Source of the DNA: a virus
Taxonomy: Duplodnaviria > Caudoviricetes
IMG/VR virus record: IMGVR_UViG_3300042887_001670
Coordinates: 127 to 64,126 of that record
Length of the DNA: 64,000 nucleotides
Strand: one strand, 5' to 3'
Under the pieces are notes generated by a model. It was given only the letters and a program-made list of their open reading frames with translations, had not been told where the DNA came from and ran no database searches. Position numbers and translations under genes: made by a program. This document shows, one piece after another, positions 1-8,850 of this stretch. Each line of letters opens with the position of its first letter. The first letter of the stretch is position 1.

Positions 1-15
1 CTTATCCGCTATCTT

Positions 16-723
16 ATGCGCCATAAGCATACCAGCCCAATGGAAATGTGCGAAGTCAAGTTGCACATCCGCGCTCCGATCTTCGTGCTGCGCCAATGGA
101 TCAGGCACCGCACTGCAAGCGTGAATGAAGAATCTGGCCGCTACAGCGAAATCCGCGAGATGTTTTTCTCCCCTGAATCGGGCGACCTAGCGCCGCAGTC
201 GCTAGACAACAAGCAAGGGCGGGAAGGCGAATTTTCGCCGCACAAGCAAAAAACTATTCGCAATGTCATTGAGGCAAATAACGAATATTCGTTCGCGTCT
301 TACAAGGCACTACTTGGCGAAGATTTGGCGCGGGAACTTGCCCGCATCACCTTGCCCTTGACGGCATACTCTTCGCTTTACTGGAAGATCGACCTCCATA
401 ACCTTTTGCACTTCCTGACGCTCAGGACGGACAGCCACGCGCAAAAGGAGATTAGGGACTACGCAGATGCTATTCTCAATATCATCCGGCCCTTGTTCCC
501 TTATGCCGTAGAGGCGTGGGAGGACTACCAGCAACAAGCCAAGACGCTTTCACGCATGGACCTAGACTTGCTCGCAGCCCTTATCCGGCGGTCAAATATC
601 AAGACTCAGTGGGTTGACATGGTTGAAGAAGCGAGAGGCGAAAAAGCCTTGGCGGAGAAGTTCGGTATGAGCGGGCGGGAGTTGCGGGACTTTGTTCTTT
701 TGTTCGATCTGCCGGATTTCTAA
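16..723 (+). CDS. thyX: Flavin-dependent thymidylate synthase ThyX (probably 5'-truncated at window edge)
   Basis: RHKHTSPME, RQWIRHRTASVNEESGRY ThyX motif, ELARITLP, HAQKEIR. Confidence 0.95.
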   Translation: MRHKHTSPMEMCEVKLHIRAPIFVLRQWIRHRTASVNEESGRYSEIREMFFSPESGDLAPQSLDNKQGREGEFSPHKQKTIRNVIEANNEYSFASYKALLGEDLARELARITLPLTAYSSLYWKIDLHNLLHFLTLRTDSHAQKEIRDYADAILNIIRPLFPYAVEAWEDYQQQAKTLSRMDLDLLAALIRRSNIKTQWVDMVEEARGEKALAEKFGMSGRELRDFVLLFDLPDF

Positions 724-2048
724 TAACCCCCCGCCATCTTAACGACGCCAGAACCTACCCGGCGCCGAATGATTGGCAACAGGTTCATGACAGCATAGCC
801 AAGGGCGTCAGGCAAGTGAGTGTATTTGCCTTGTGCGACCTTGGCGACGTTGCCGTTATCATCAAAGCCAAGGCTCTCCAAAGACGTAATCAGTTCCTTG
901 CAGCGCGGATGGACAAACAGCCGGGGCTTACCGGCGGCTGATAGAAAGGCGCCGTTCACGATATTGATACGGTCACTGACAAGAGGGTTCTTGCGCGGCA
1001 TAACAAGTTTGAAACCCATACCTCGCAGGACGCTATGGTTCGTATTGCCGCCCGCAGAGGTATGCTGCTGATTGCCTGATGCGTCAGGGTAGATTGTAAT
1101 ATTCCTGCCTTTGAAGCGTTCCGAAAGAATGTCCGCATAGCGTTGGATGGTGGCGTTCGGCAATAATATTTCGTCAATAGCGCAGAAGCACTCTTCGCCC
1201 TCTCCATTCAGGAACTTAACCATAACGATGCCAGACATCGGAAAGCGGTTGAAGTCCAAGCCAAGGTGAAGGTTGCACCGTTTGTCATCGTCAATATGGG
1301 AAATGACATGCGTGCTGCGTTGGAAAGGCTGGTAGACCTTGCCGGTAGGCGACTCGAACGACGCCTCAAACTCGGTCCTGAACTCATAGGGGTTCATGCT
1401 TTGCCGTGCTTCTTCAATTTCTGAAGCGGGCACAATCCCGGCATCCACGGTCTTAATGGTATAACTAAACCAGTTTTTCTTGCCGGGGTCTAATCCATCG
1501 CAGTAGGCTTCGTAGAACCACTTGCTACCGGCGCTGACTTTAGGGGTGCCAAGGAACAAAGCGTCCCCTTGTTGGTCAGCCAAGGCAGGGCGAACAATTT
1601 TAGTCCACATCACTTCAGTAATGTCGGCGGCTTCGTCAAAAATAGCAAAAGAAATCGAAAGACCTCGCAGGCGGTCAGGCACTTCAGCACCAAAGAGACG
1701 GATCATAGTGCCTGTATTCTTCAAGACAATCGACATATCGCTGCGATTGATTTCAGAGATCATCTCAGGCGGGATGCTATCCATCAACTCGCGCCACATG
1801 ATCTGCTTGGCCATCTTCAAAGTTGGCGCGATATAAACCACAAGCCCTTTTGAAACCGCATTGGCGGCACGGTAAAGCTCGTGCTTACTAAGGAACGACT
1901 TGCCACTTCGCCGTCCTGCCACCACTACGCGATAACGGCATGGATGGAGGTAGACATGCGCCTGCCAGGGCATAAGGCCGAGGTTGCTAGTCGCCCGATC
2001 CGCTAAAACAGGATTGGGCTCCCACGTCAGTTTGTTAATCGCGTTCAT
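720..2048 (-). CDS. terL: Terminase large subunit
   Basis: Walker A VAGRRSGKS, YIAPT, LRGLSI..FDEAA Walker B, GTPK, nuclease GLDFN...DALGY. Confidence 0.95.
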   Translation of the reverse strand: MNAINKLTWEPNPVLADRATSNLGLMPWQAHVYLHPCRYRVVVAGRRSGKSFLSKHELYRAANAVSKGLVVYIAPTLKMAKQIMWRELMDSIPPEMISEINRSDMSIVLKNTGTMIRLFGAEVPDRLRGLSISFAIFDEAADITEVMWTKIVRPALADQQGDALFLGTPKVSAGSKWFYEAYCDGLDPGKKNWFSYTIKTVDAGIVPASEIEEARQSMNPYEFRTEFEASFESPTGKVYQPFQRSTHVISHIDDDKRCNLHLGLDFNRFPMSGIVMVKFLNGEGEECFCAIDEILLPNATIQRYADILSERFKGRNITIYPDASGNQQHTSAGGNTNHSVLRGMGFKLVMPRKNPLVSDRINIVNGAFLSAAGKPRLFVHPRCKELITSLESLGFDDNGNVAKVAQGKYTHLPDALGYAVMNLLPIIRRRVGSGVVKMAGGY

Positions 2049-2740
2049 TCGTCGCCTTCAGATACATCCTCGGAATCAAGCACGGCACGCTTCTTCACGA
2101 TCATCGGCATGATTTCTTCCTTGGGCTTCATGAGACGGCGCAAGTCATGGACGTTGCGTTCTTCCTCGTTGGCCTTGGAGACGGCGGTGACAAGCTGGCC
2201 AATCGACTTGGTAAGGCGGTTGAGTTCCACACGGACACTAGCAGGGTTTTCGCGAGTCTGTGCTTCCCCCTCCAAATGCTCAATTTCAGTCTCAAGCAGA
2301 TTGGAAATGCGGTCGATAATGCTATCAAGGCGCTTTGACCGCTTGCGCGTCGTGGTCAAACGCTCCGCAATCTGTGCGGCTGAGGACAAAATCACTTCAT
2401 CTTCACGGGCTTTGTTGCCTCGCAGAAGGGATAGCGCCTCTGGTGAGGGCCTTCCGGTTTCATCCATCCCCATGACCATCATGGCACGGGCAGCGTCAGC
2501 TACGCGAGGCTCTAAATTTCGCGTCCAATTGTAACGCCGAATACGATTAGAGATGGCTTGTGACGTGACGCCTTTGGCTTCTGGCAGGCGGGCCAAATCG
2601 CTTAAAGCCCAGCCAATCCTGTAATAATGCTCAATAACATCCCAATTTGCACCAGACTTCCACTTGCGCGCCTTTTGCTTGCGCGGCACCTTCATATCGG
2701 GGCGAATAGGCGTCACTTTCTCGGCCTTGTCGCTTGACAT
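2045..2740 (-). CDS. Probable terminase small subunit
   Basis: Overlaps terL start (ATGA); N-terminal HTH (WDVIEHYYRIG..LSDLA) followed by coiled coil. Confidence 0.7.
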   Translation of the reverse strand: MSSDKAEKVTPIRPDMKVPRKQKARKWKSGANWDVIEHYYRIGWALSDLARLPEAKGVTSQAISNRIRRYNWTRNLEPRVADAARAMMVMGMDETGRPSPEALSLLRGNKAREDEVILSSAAQIAERLTTTRKRSKRLDSIIDRISNLLETEIEHLEGEAQTRENPASVRVELNRLTKSIGQLVTAVSKANEEERNVHDLRRLMKPKEEIMPMIVKKRAVLDSEDVSEGDE

Positions 2741-2799
2741 GATTAGATTCTTCCTAAAAAACGTTACTAACGTTGTTTATCCACTCGCTCCCATGTTAA

Positions 2800-2818
2800 A
2801 GTCAAGGCTGCATTGACT
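2800..2818. promoter_or_regulatory. Back-to-back TTGACT boxes (divergent promoters/operator for terminase and portal)
   Basis: AGTCAA at 2800-2805 and TTGACT at 2813-2818 in the divergent intergenic gap. Confidence 0.55.
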
Positions 2819-2875
2819 TCTTGCCCGCCAAAGCGTTACCCCTGCAACCTTATATTGCTTTTCAGGATTTGCATC

Positions 2876-4282
2876 ATGGCCGTCACTGACCTTGCACCGG
2901 AATACAGCGCCAACCAAGATGACTGGCAGATGATCCGGGATGTGTTGAAGGGTGCCAAGGCTATCCGAGAAGGCGGCCAGAAGTATCTACCCCAGCTTTC
3001 AGGCATGAGTTATGGGGAGTATGAAGCGTATAAGAAGCGGGCGCAGTTCTTCAACGCTTCTGCCCGCACGTTAAATGGCCTCGTCGGTATGATCTTCCGC
3101 AAGGAACCAGAAATTATCTTAAACGGGGCTGAAGTGCTGCGCCCTCAGCTTGAAACCTGCACCGTTGATAACCAACCGTTTACTGTTTTTGCTCGCGCCA
3201 TTGTCCGTGAAATCCTAAGCATGGGTCGCGTAGGCGCATTGGTAGACGCGCCTACCAATGGAGGCACGCCCTACTTCACCACTTACATGGCGGAGAATAT
3301 TACCAATTGGCGCAACATGCGCGACGATAACGGGCGCCTTGTTGCTAACCAAATCGTGCTGAAAGAAGATTTCCTTGTAGATAGCCAAACTGGATTTGGC
3401 TCTGAGGAAGTGACCGTCTACCGAGAACTCTATCTTGACGAGACGGGTATCTACCGCCAGCGTCTTTGGCTCCCAGTCAAGAGCAAGGACAATGGCACTT
3501 CCTACCAGCCTGGAAGCGAAGTGTCTCCTATGCTGGCTGACAGTGGTTTCTTCCGAGGCGAGATGCCCTTCATTTGCTTCGGGCCTATGAAGACAGGCAT
3601 GAAGGTGCAGCGCCCGCCTATCCTAGATATCGCTGAGTTGAACGTCCTGCACTTCCAGCGTAGCGCGCAGTTGGCCCATGGCCAGTTCTATACGGCCACG
3701 CCAACATATTGGGCGATTGCGCCTAACCTTGGCGATGAATTGCCTGAATACCGGGTTGGTCCTAATACCGTTTGGCTTGTGGATCAGCCTAACTCTTGCG
3801 GTATTTTGGAATACCGTGGCGAGGGCCTTAAATACCTTGAATCTGCTTGCACGCAACTTGAATCGCAAATGGCAAGCCTAGGCGCTCGCCTCGTGGTTGA
3901 CCGCAAGAACACGGCGGGAGAATCCAATCAGGTTGCAGAGATGCGGGGCAAGGGGGAAACTTCCTTGCTTTATGAGATTGTAGACAGTGCAGAGAAAGGC
4001 CTGACAGAACTTTTGAAAATCTGGGTCCGGTGGAACGGTCGCAACCCTCAAGGCGTTGAAGTCAAGTTGAACCGTGACTTCGTTGATGCGGCACTGGAAT
4101 ACCGCACTTGGTTGCAGTTGGACAGGGCACATGCAGCGGGTAATATTGATGATGAGACGTATTATCGCGTGCTATTTGAAGGCGAGGTGCTTCCGTCCAC
4201 ATATGGCCCGGCCCAGGTCAAGAAGATGATTGACATGGCGCCGCAGTTGCGGGCAGATATGGCGCAAGAAGCACCCGCATAG
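2876..4282 (+). CDS. Portal protein (DUF4055-type)
   Basis: W..IRD...G..AIR..G.KYLP..Y..YKKRA.FFN N-terminus, PPILDIAELN..HFQ; ATG at 2876 preferred over TTG 2813. Confidence 0.85.
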   Translation: MAVTDLAPEYSANQDDWQMIRDVLKGAKAIREGGQKYLPQLSGMSYGEYEAYKKRAQFFNASARTLNGLVGMIFRKEPEIILNGAEVLRPQLETCTVDNQPFTVFARAIVREILSMGRVGALVDAPTNGGTPYFTTYMAENITNWRNMRDDNGRLVANQIVLKEDFLVDSQTGFGSEEVTVYRELYLDETGIYRQRLWLPVKSKDNGTSYQPGSEVSPMLADSGFFRGEMPFICFGPMKTGMKVQRPPILDIAELNVLHFQRSAQLAHGQFYTATPTYWAIAPNLGDELPEYRVGPNTVWLVDQPNSCGILEYRGEGLKYLESACTQLESQMASLGARLVVDRKNTAGESNQVAEMRGKGETSLLYEIVDSAEKGLTELLKIWVRWNGRNPQGVEVKLNRDFVDAALEYRTWLQLDRAHAAGNIDDETYYRVLFEGEVLPSTYGPAQVKKMIDMAPQLRADMAQEAPA

Positions 4283-4315
4283 GGCGGTGCCGTTCGCTTT
4301 TAATTTTAGGTAATC

Positions 4316-5167
4316 ATGACACAGCCCAACTTCATGAAACTGGTCAACCCTGAAGTTGGCTTCCTTCCTATGAACATCGAATACGCGGCGAGTCTTAATC
4401 TGCCTTTTGTGCAAAAAGGCGCACTTGCGGAGGTGAAAGGCGTTGTTGTCTGTGGCACAGCGCCGTCTTTGGTCAAGGCGTCTTCCCTGCGTGAGATTAA
4501 GCGGCTACAAGGTCTAGGCTATAAGATTTTTGCGGTTAAGCAGGCGATCCGCATCCTGCCGGAGTATGGCATCATCCCTGATTTCTCTGTGGCGATGGAC
4601 CCCGGAGAAAAGCAAATTAAGAAGACACCCCTTGATCCACGCGTCACATATTTCGTGGCAAGTTCCTGTCATCCAAGAATGTTTGATTATCTCATAAAGG
4701 GCGGCGCAAATGTGGTGCTTTTCCATTCTGCTTGCGGTGCTGCATCTGAAAATCTATGCGAAATGGAAATCTATGAAAAATACTTTCCAGAAAATTGCAG
4801 CTACGAAAGTGTGGCTAGTGGCGGGTTTACCGTTGTAAACCGCGCTGTCGCTGTCGCTACTTGGATGGGTGCCAAGCGCATTTGCATTGCAGGGGCGCCT
4901 TTTGGCTGGCGTGAGGATGAGGACTACTACGCGCCTACGGTTACTGAGCCTGCGGGCAACGCCTCAGGCCCTACGCTCGATGACCAAGCCCGAGTAGACG
5001 GCAAGCGGTGGTATTCCAAGGCAGACTTGCTACCCAGCGCCATGTCCCTTGCTCGTAAGGCTAAGGCCAGTCCAGGCAAGTTCGATTTTATCGGTGACAG
5101 CCTCGCGGCCTCTCTGGCCGCAAAGTCAGATGCTTTCCTAGAACGTGTTATTCCAAGCGGGAGTTAA
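4316..5167 (+). CDS. Maf/DUF115 (MptE-like) family putative sugar transferase
   Basis: VVCGTAPSL, GIIPDFSVAMDP, YFVASSCHP, GGFTVVNRA...MGAKRI.IAG pattern typical of DUF115/Maf-like domains. Confidence 0.65.
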   Translation: MTQPNFMKLVNPEVGFLPMNIEYAASLNLPFVQKGALAEVKGVVVCGTAPSLVKASSLREIKRLQGLGYKIFAVKQAIRILPEYGIIPDFSVAMDPGEKQIKKTPLDPRVTYFVASSCHPRMFDYLIKGGANVVLFHSACGAASENLCEMEIYEKYFPENCSYESVASGGFTVVNRAVAVATWMGAKRICIAGAPFGWREDEDYYAPTVTEPAGNASGPTLDDQARVDGKRWYSKADLLPSAMSLARKAKASPGKFDFIGDSLAASLAAKSDAFLERVIPSGS

Positions 5168-5328
5168 CCCCGCTTTCTGGCCCGCTGAGCCTGCGCGATG
5201 TTGTCCACCGCGTTCGGATAAGGTCGGCCTGCCTTTTCAGCACGGCGCTTGGCTGCCGCTTTGTCTTGCGGGCTAAGCGCCGTGGATCGCTTGCGGGGGT
5301 TCTTCTTTTCCCAAAGTGGCTTGTCCAT
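5164..5328 (-). CDS. Small basic protein, 54 aa (not in ORF track)
   Basis: MDKPLWEKKNPRKRSTALSPQDKAAAKRRAEKAGRPYPNAVDN...; TGATG coupling to upstream ORF. Confidence 0.7.
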   Translation of the reverse strand: MDKPLWEKKNPRKRSTALSPQDKAAAKRRAEKAGRPYPNAVDNIAQAQRARKRG

Positions 5329-5735
5329 CACTTCTTCCCCTTTTTATCAGCGGCTTCCATTTGCCGCACCAACTTACCAGACCACGCTTCACCAGCACGC
5401 CCGCCCCAAAGATTGATAGCGATTGCTCGCGCACTAGGGCCACCATCGGCTGGTTTAGCTTGCGGCGCATTGCCGTGCCGGTCAAAAAAGGCTTTCATAC
5501 GTTTAGCCGTTTCGGGCGAAATATCCTTGCCTGCGGCCAATGTGGCAGCGCGGGCCACGCCAGAGCCAATGCCCTGCTTGCCTGCTTCTGCGGTAGTCAG
5601 GCCACCACGCCCATACTTACGGCGCTGTTCGAGCCCACGCTCAGCAGCGCTCTGCACGCCTTGCGGCGGTGTAAAATCAATTGTCTCATACTTCTTCGGC
5701 GGAGCCATGGCTTTTCCCTCATAAGGGTGTTGCAT
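5328..5735 (-). CDS. Basic phage protein, possibly head-associated
   Basis: FTPPQGVQSAAERGLE...RMKAFFDRH...LWGGRAG..W; resembles small phage head-region proteins. Confidence 0.6.
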   Translation of the reverse strand: MQHPYEGKAMAPPKKYETIDFTPPQGVQSAAERGLEQRRKYGRGGLTTAEAGKQGIGSGVARAATLAAGKDISPETAKRMKAFFDRHGNAPQAKPADGGPSARAIAINLWGGRAGEAWSGKLVRQMEAADKKGKK

Positions 5736-5837
5736 TTACCATATACAATGATCTAGGCACTAATAGTCAACCGTGCGGCTGAGCCGCGCCCGTATATCGC
5801 ATCGGTTAACTGCGATCTCCTGTGGAGAAAGTCTGTC

Positions 5838-6626
5838 ATGTTTATTCGCGCTCTTAAGAACCAAATGAATTATGATGCAGAAGGCGGCGGCGGTAGCGCC
5901 CCTGATATCGCGGCCCTAGTTGCCGCAGAAGTGACAAAGGCCACTCAGGGCCTAAAAACTAAGAATGATGAGCTTCTGAACGAGGTCAAGGCCGAACGCG
6001 AAAGGCGCAAGGCATATGAGGCCCAAATTCAAAATATGGGCAGTCAAGAAGACATCAATAAGGCCCGCGATCTTATGGAGCGTATGCAGGCCGATGCGGA
6101 CCTTCGCATGATTGTAGAAGGTGGCAAGGCGGCGTTTGAGGACGTGCTTACCCGCCGCACCAAGTCTGTGGTTGGGGCTGAACGCGCCGCCAAGGAAGCC
6201 GCAGAGCGAGCAGCGCAGGAAGCCGCCGCACGGGCAGACGCCGCGCAAAACCGTTGGCGCTCTGAGCGGCTGAATTTTGAAGTGACTTCCGCCGTCAGCA
6301 AGGCCAAGGCACTACCGGAGGCTGCCGAATATATCCGTATCAAGGCTGAACAGATGTTCCACCTTGACGACGAAACAGGTAAGCCCACGCTACGAGAAGG
6401 CGTCGATGTGATCGACCGTAGCGGCAATCCCCATACGCTTGATACGTGGGTGGAGTCGCTACGCGATACCAACCCGTTCTTCTTCGGCATCCCTTCTGGC
6501 GGTGGCGCTGGCGGGGGCAATGGCCGAGGCGGCGACCGCGCTCCGGTTAGGATCAACGCCACTGACGCCAAGGCAATCAGCGGCAATCTTGAAGCGATTG
6601 CGTCTGGCAAGGCAGTGGTCGCGTAA
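5838..6626 (+). CDS. Capsid scaffolding protein
   Basis: GLKTKNDELL coiled coil, Gly-rich C-terminus, directly upstream of capsid; GGAG RBS. Confidence 0.75.
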   Translation: MFIRALKNQMNYDAEGGGGSAPDIAALVAAEVTKATQGLKTKNDELLNEVKAERERRKAYEAQIQNMGSQEDINKARDLMERMQADADLRMIVEGGKAAFEDVLTRRTKSVVGAERAAKEAAERAAQEAAARADAAQNRWRSERLNFEVTSAVSKAKALPEAAEYIRIKAEQMFHLDDETGKPTLREGVDVIDRSGNPHTLDTWVESLRDTNPFFFGIPSGGGAGGGNGRGGDRAPVRINATDAKAISGNLEAIASGKAVVA

Positions 6627-6636
6627 GCAAAAACAG

Positions 6637-6667
6637 ATACCTACGGGGCCTAAAACCCCGTAGGTAT
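6637..6667 (+). terminator. Hairpin after scaffold gene, abutting a TTGACT box
   Basis: ATACCTACGGGG-cctaaaa-CCCCGTAGGTAT. Confidence 0.5.
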
Positions 6668-6715
6668 TGACTTTGTAGTTTACTTTACCATAAGAAAAGA
6701 GCGTTTACATTTCTT

Positions 6716-6800
6716 GCCCTTGTGGGGTCGAAATTAATTCCCGCCTCCCTTGTGGGTTGTGCGCGGTTCGCGGAATCCTTCGGGTTTCAACGGCGGGAGT
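6716..6800 (+). ncRNA. Candidate structured RNA in the capsid 5' leader
   Basis: Outer stem ATTCCCGCC/GGCGGGAGT enclosing three hairpins, one with a UUCG loop; CCCTTGTGGG present twice. Confidence 0.4.
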
Positions 6801-6832
6801 GCCGGTAAACCCTATAAGCACAGGAGATTACT

Positions 6833-7969
6833 ATGCCCAATAGTTTGTCAAACCTCATTCCCCGGCTTCTCGCTCGTGGTCTTCTTGCTCTACGCGAGCA
6901 GGCGATCATGCCGCGCCTAGTCAACCTTGATTACTCGTCTGAAGGTGCGATGCGTGGCTCCACCATTGACATTCCGATCAGCAACACCTTTACCGCCACC
7001 GACGTTGCTCCGTCCATGACCCCCGCTTCGGCTCAGGACAGCACCCCCGGCCTCGTGCAGATCGCCCTTGACCAGTGGAAGGAAGTTCCCTTCTTCATCA
7101 CTGACAAGCAGCGTATGGAAATCATGGAGAGCGAATCCTTCCTCCCCATGAACGTCTCCGAGACTGTTCGTGCCCTAGCCAACTCCATGGACGGCTATAT
7201 CCACAGCCAGTATGTGGACGTGTATGGCTATGTTGGCGTAGCTGGCCAGACCCCTTTCAGCACCATCGCTGACGTGGTGAACGCTCGTGCGGCTCTAAAC
7301 CGCCAGCTTTCTCCCATGGGCAACCGCCGCATGGTCCTGAACCCGGACGCCGAGGCTCAGCTACTTCAGATTCCGGCTATGTCCGACCTGGAAAAGACCG
7401 GCGATCAGGAAGTGAAGATCGAGGGTATGCTTGGCCGCAAGTTCGGCTTCGACTTCTTCCAGTCCACCAACGTCGTGACCCACGTCGCTGGCACCGCTGC
7501 AAGCATCACTGTGGCCTCCACCACTGCCGTTGGCGCTACCTCGCTGGATATCCTCGCCTCCGTGGCAGGCACCCTGCGCCGTGGCGACGTGTTCAGCATC
7601 GCTGGCAACACCCAGACCTACGTGGTGACTTCGGCCAACGCTACCTATACCAGCACCAAGACTGCTATCTCTATCAGCCCTCCGCTGGTGGCGATTGCAT
7701 CTAGCGGTTCTGACGTGGCCAAGCGCGCCTCGCATGTGGTCAACCTTGCCTTCCAGCGCGAAGCCTTTGCCTTCGTGAACCGTCCGCTGGCTGGTGTCGG
7801 TTCTGGCCCGGAACTCGGCTCCATCATCTCTCAGATGACCGATCCGGTGTCTGGCCTGACCATGCGTATGGAAGTGACCCGCCACAACAAGCAAGAGCGC
7901 TTTGCTGTGGACGTGCTTTACGGCGCCAAGGCAGTCCGTCCTGCCCTCGCCGTTCGCGTCGCTGGCTAA
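6833..7969 (+). CDS. Major capsid protein (P22 coat-like, HK97 fold)
   Basis: RGSTIDIP, LANSMD, GMLGRKFGFDFFQSTN, SGLTMRM...DVLYGAKAVRP; strong codon bias; CAGGAG RBS. Confidence 0.9.
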   Translation: MPNSLSNLIPRLLARGLLALREQAIMPRLVNLDYSSEGAMRGSTIDIPISNTFTATDVAPSMTPASAQDSTPGLVQIALDQWKEVPFFITDKQRMEIMESESFLPMNVSETVRALANSMDGYIHSQYVDVYGYVGVAGQTPFSTIADVVNARAALNRQLSPMGNRRMVLNPDAEAQLLQIPAMSDLEKTGDQEVKIEGMLGRKFGFDFFQSTNVVTHVAGTAASITVASTTAVGATSLDILASVAGTLRRGDVFSIAGNTQTYVVTSANATYTSTKTAISISPPLVAIASSGSDVAKRASHVVNLAFQREAFAFVNRPLAGVGSGPELGSIISQMTDPVSGLTMRMEVTRHNKQERFAVDVLYGAKAVRPALAVRVAG

Positions 7970-7990
7970 AGCCAAGCGGCCTAATACAAG

Positions 7991-8021
7991 AAAGCCGGGC
8001 AGAAATGCCCGGCTTTTTTTT
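7991..8021 (+). terminator. Intrinsic terminator (likely bidirectional)
   Basis: AAAGCCGGGC-agaaat-GCCCGGCTTTTTTTT. Confidence 0.85.
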
Positions 8022-8023
8022 GT

Positions 8024-8110
8024 TGGTAGAGGCGGTGGGATTTGAACCCACAATGCCGTGAGGCCATCAGATTTTGAGTCTGACGCGTATGCCAGTTCCG
8101 CCAAGCCTCC
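8024..8110 (-). tRNA. tRNA-Leu(CAA)
   Basis: GGAGGCT..TGGC..TCAGA-CTCAAAA-TCTGA, long variable arm, GGTTCAAATCC, encoded CCA. Confidence 0.92.
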
Positions 8111-8512
8111 TTAAAGGCATTCGTATCCCGTTTCGGTGGTATAGAACACCCGCTTTACCCCGAAGTCAGCAATGCACTTAGCGCAACCCATGCAGGGTTT
8201 AGCATTGCCCAAAATAAATTGCTCTCGTTTCGTGCTAGAATATTTGACCCGGCACACATACAGGTCTGCTTTTTTCAAGCTGTCTACGTCCACAACACGC
8301 AAAGCATTGAAAATGGCGTTTGTCTCTGCGTGCCAAAAAAGAGATTCAGGGTTTTTCCCGAATTTGGCTTGGAACGGATGCGTCCGCATCTGGTTAGCAC
8401 CGAACGATATAATCTCCTTGCCACGCACGATAGCTGCCGTCATACGCGAACTTTTAATCGGAGCTACGTCTACCGCAAGCACACGCAACGTATTAAAAAT
8501 ACTTTCGTGCAT
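8111..8512 (-). CDS. Zn-dependent cytidine/deoxycytidylate deaminase family protein
   Basis: HAE ... KPCMGC zinc motif. Confidence 0.8.
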   Translation of the reverse strand: MHESIFNTLRVLAVDVAPIKSSRMTAAIVRGKEIISFGANQMRTHPFQAKFGKNPESLFWHAETNAIFNALRVVDVDSLKKADLYVCRVKYSSTKREQFILGNAKPCMGCAKCIADFGVKRVFYTTETGYECL

Positions 8513-8532
8513 TTTTTTTGTGCCTTTAGTTT

Positions 8533-8609
8533 TGGTGTAAGCGGCAGGACTCGAACCTGCACCCAGCCTGTTATGAGCAGGCCGCTCTATCCAATTAAGC
8601 TACGCTTAC
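8533..8609 (-). tRNA. tRNA with CAT anticodon (elongator Met or Ile2)
   Basis: GTAAGCG/CGCTTAC acceptor stem, GCCTG-CTCATAA-CAGGC, GGTTCGAGTCC, ACCA end; lacks initiator hallmarks. Confidence 0.9.
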
Positions 8610-8839
8610 TCTTCATCGTCTTCGTCGTCGTCTTCATGCTCGCCGTTTAACACGGCCATCTTGGCTTGTTCAAAAGCAAACACAAGCTCCATGTTGCTGA
8701 TACCCCCCGCAAAGCACATACCCGTGTCGCCGTTATTATCGAAAAAGACAATGGCGGCCTTGGCAACGCCAATCTCAGCAAGGCGCTCTGCCTGCGCCAT
8801 CAACTGCGACCTAGCGACTTCCTGCTTCTTGCGGGGCAT
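8606..8839 (-). CDS. Hypothetical protein with acidic tail
   Basis: GAGG RBS; in operon; stop codon overlaps tRNA 5' end. Confidence 0.65.
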   Translation of the reverse strand: MPRKKQEVARSQLMAQAERLAEIGVAKAAIVFFDNNGDTGMCFAGGISNMELVFAFEQAKMAVLNGEHEDDDEDDEE

Positions 8840-8850
8840 ATGTTATCCTC

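Noticed and set aside
7361-8104. 247-aa minus-strand ORF
   Set aside because: Antisense shadow of the codon-biased capsid gene; its start runs through tRNA-Leu and a terminator.
8024-8609. tRNAs as prophage attachment sites
   Set aside because: No integrase, no duplicated tRNA 3' end and no host genes seen; phage genes continue on both sides.
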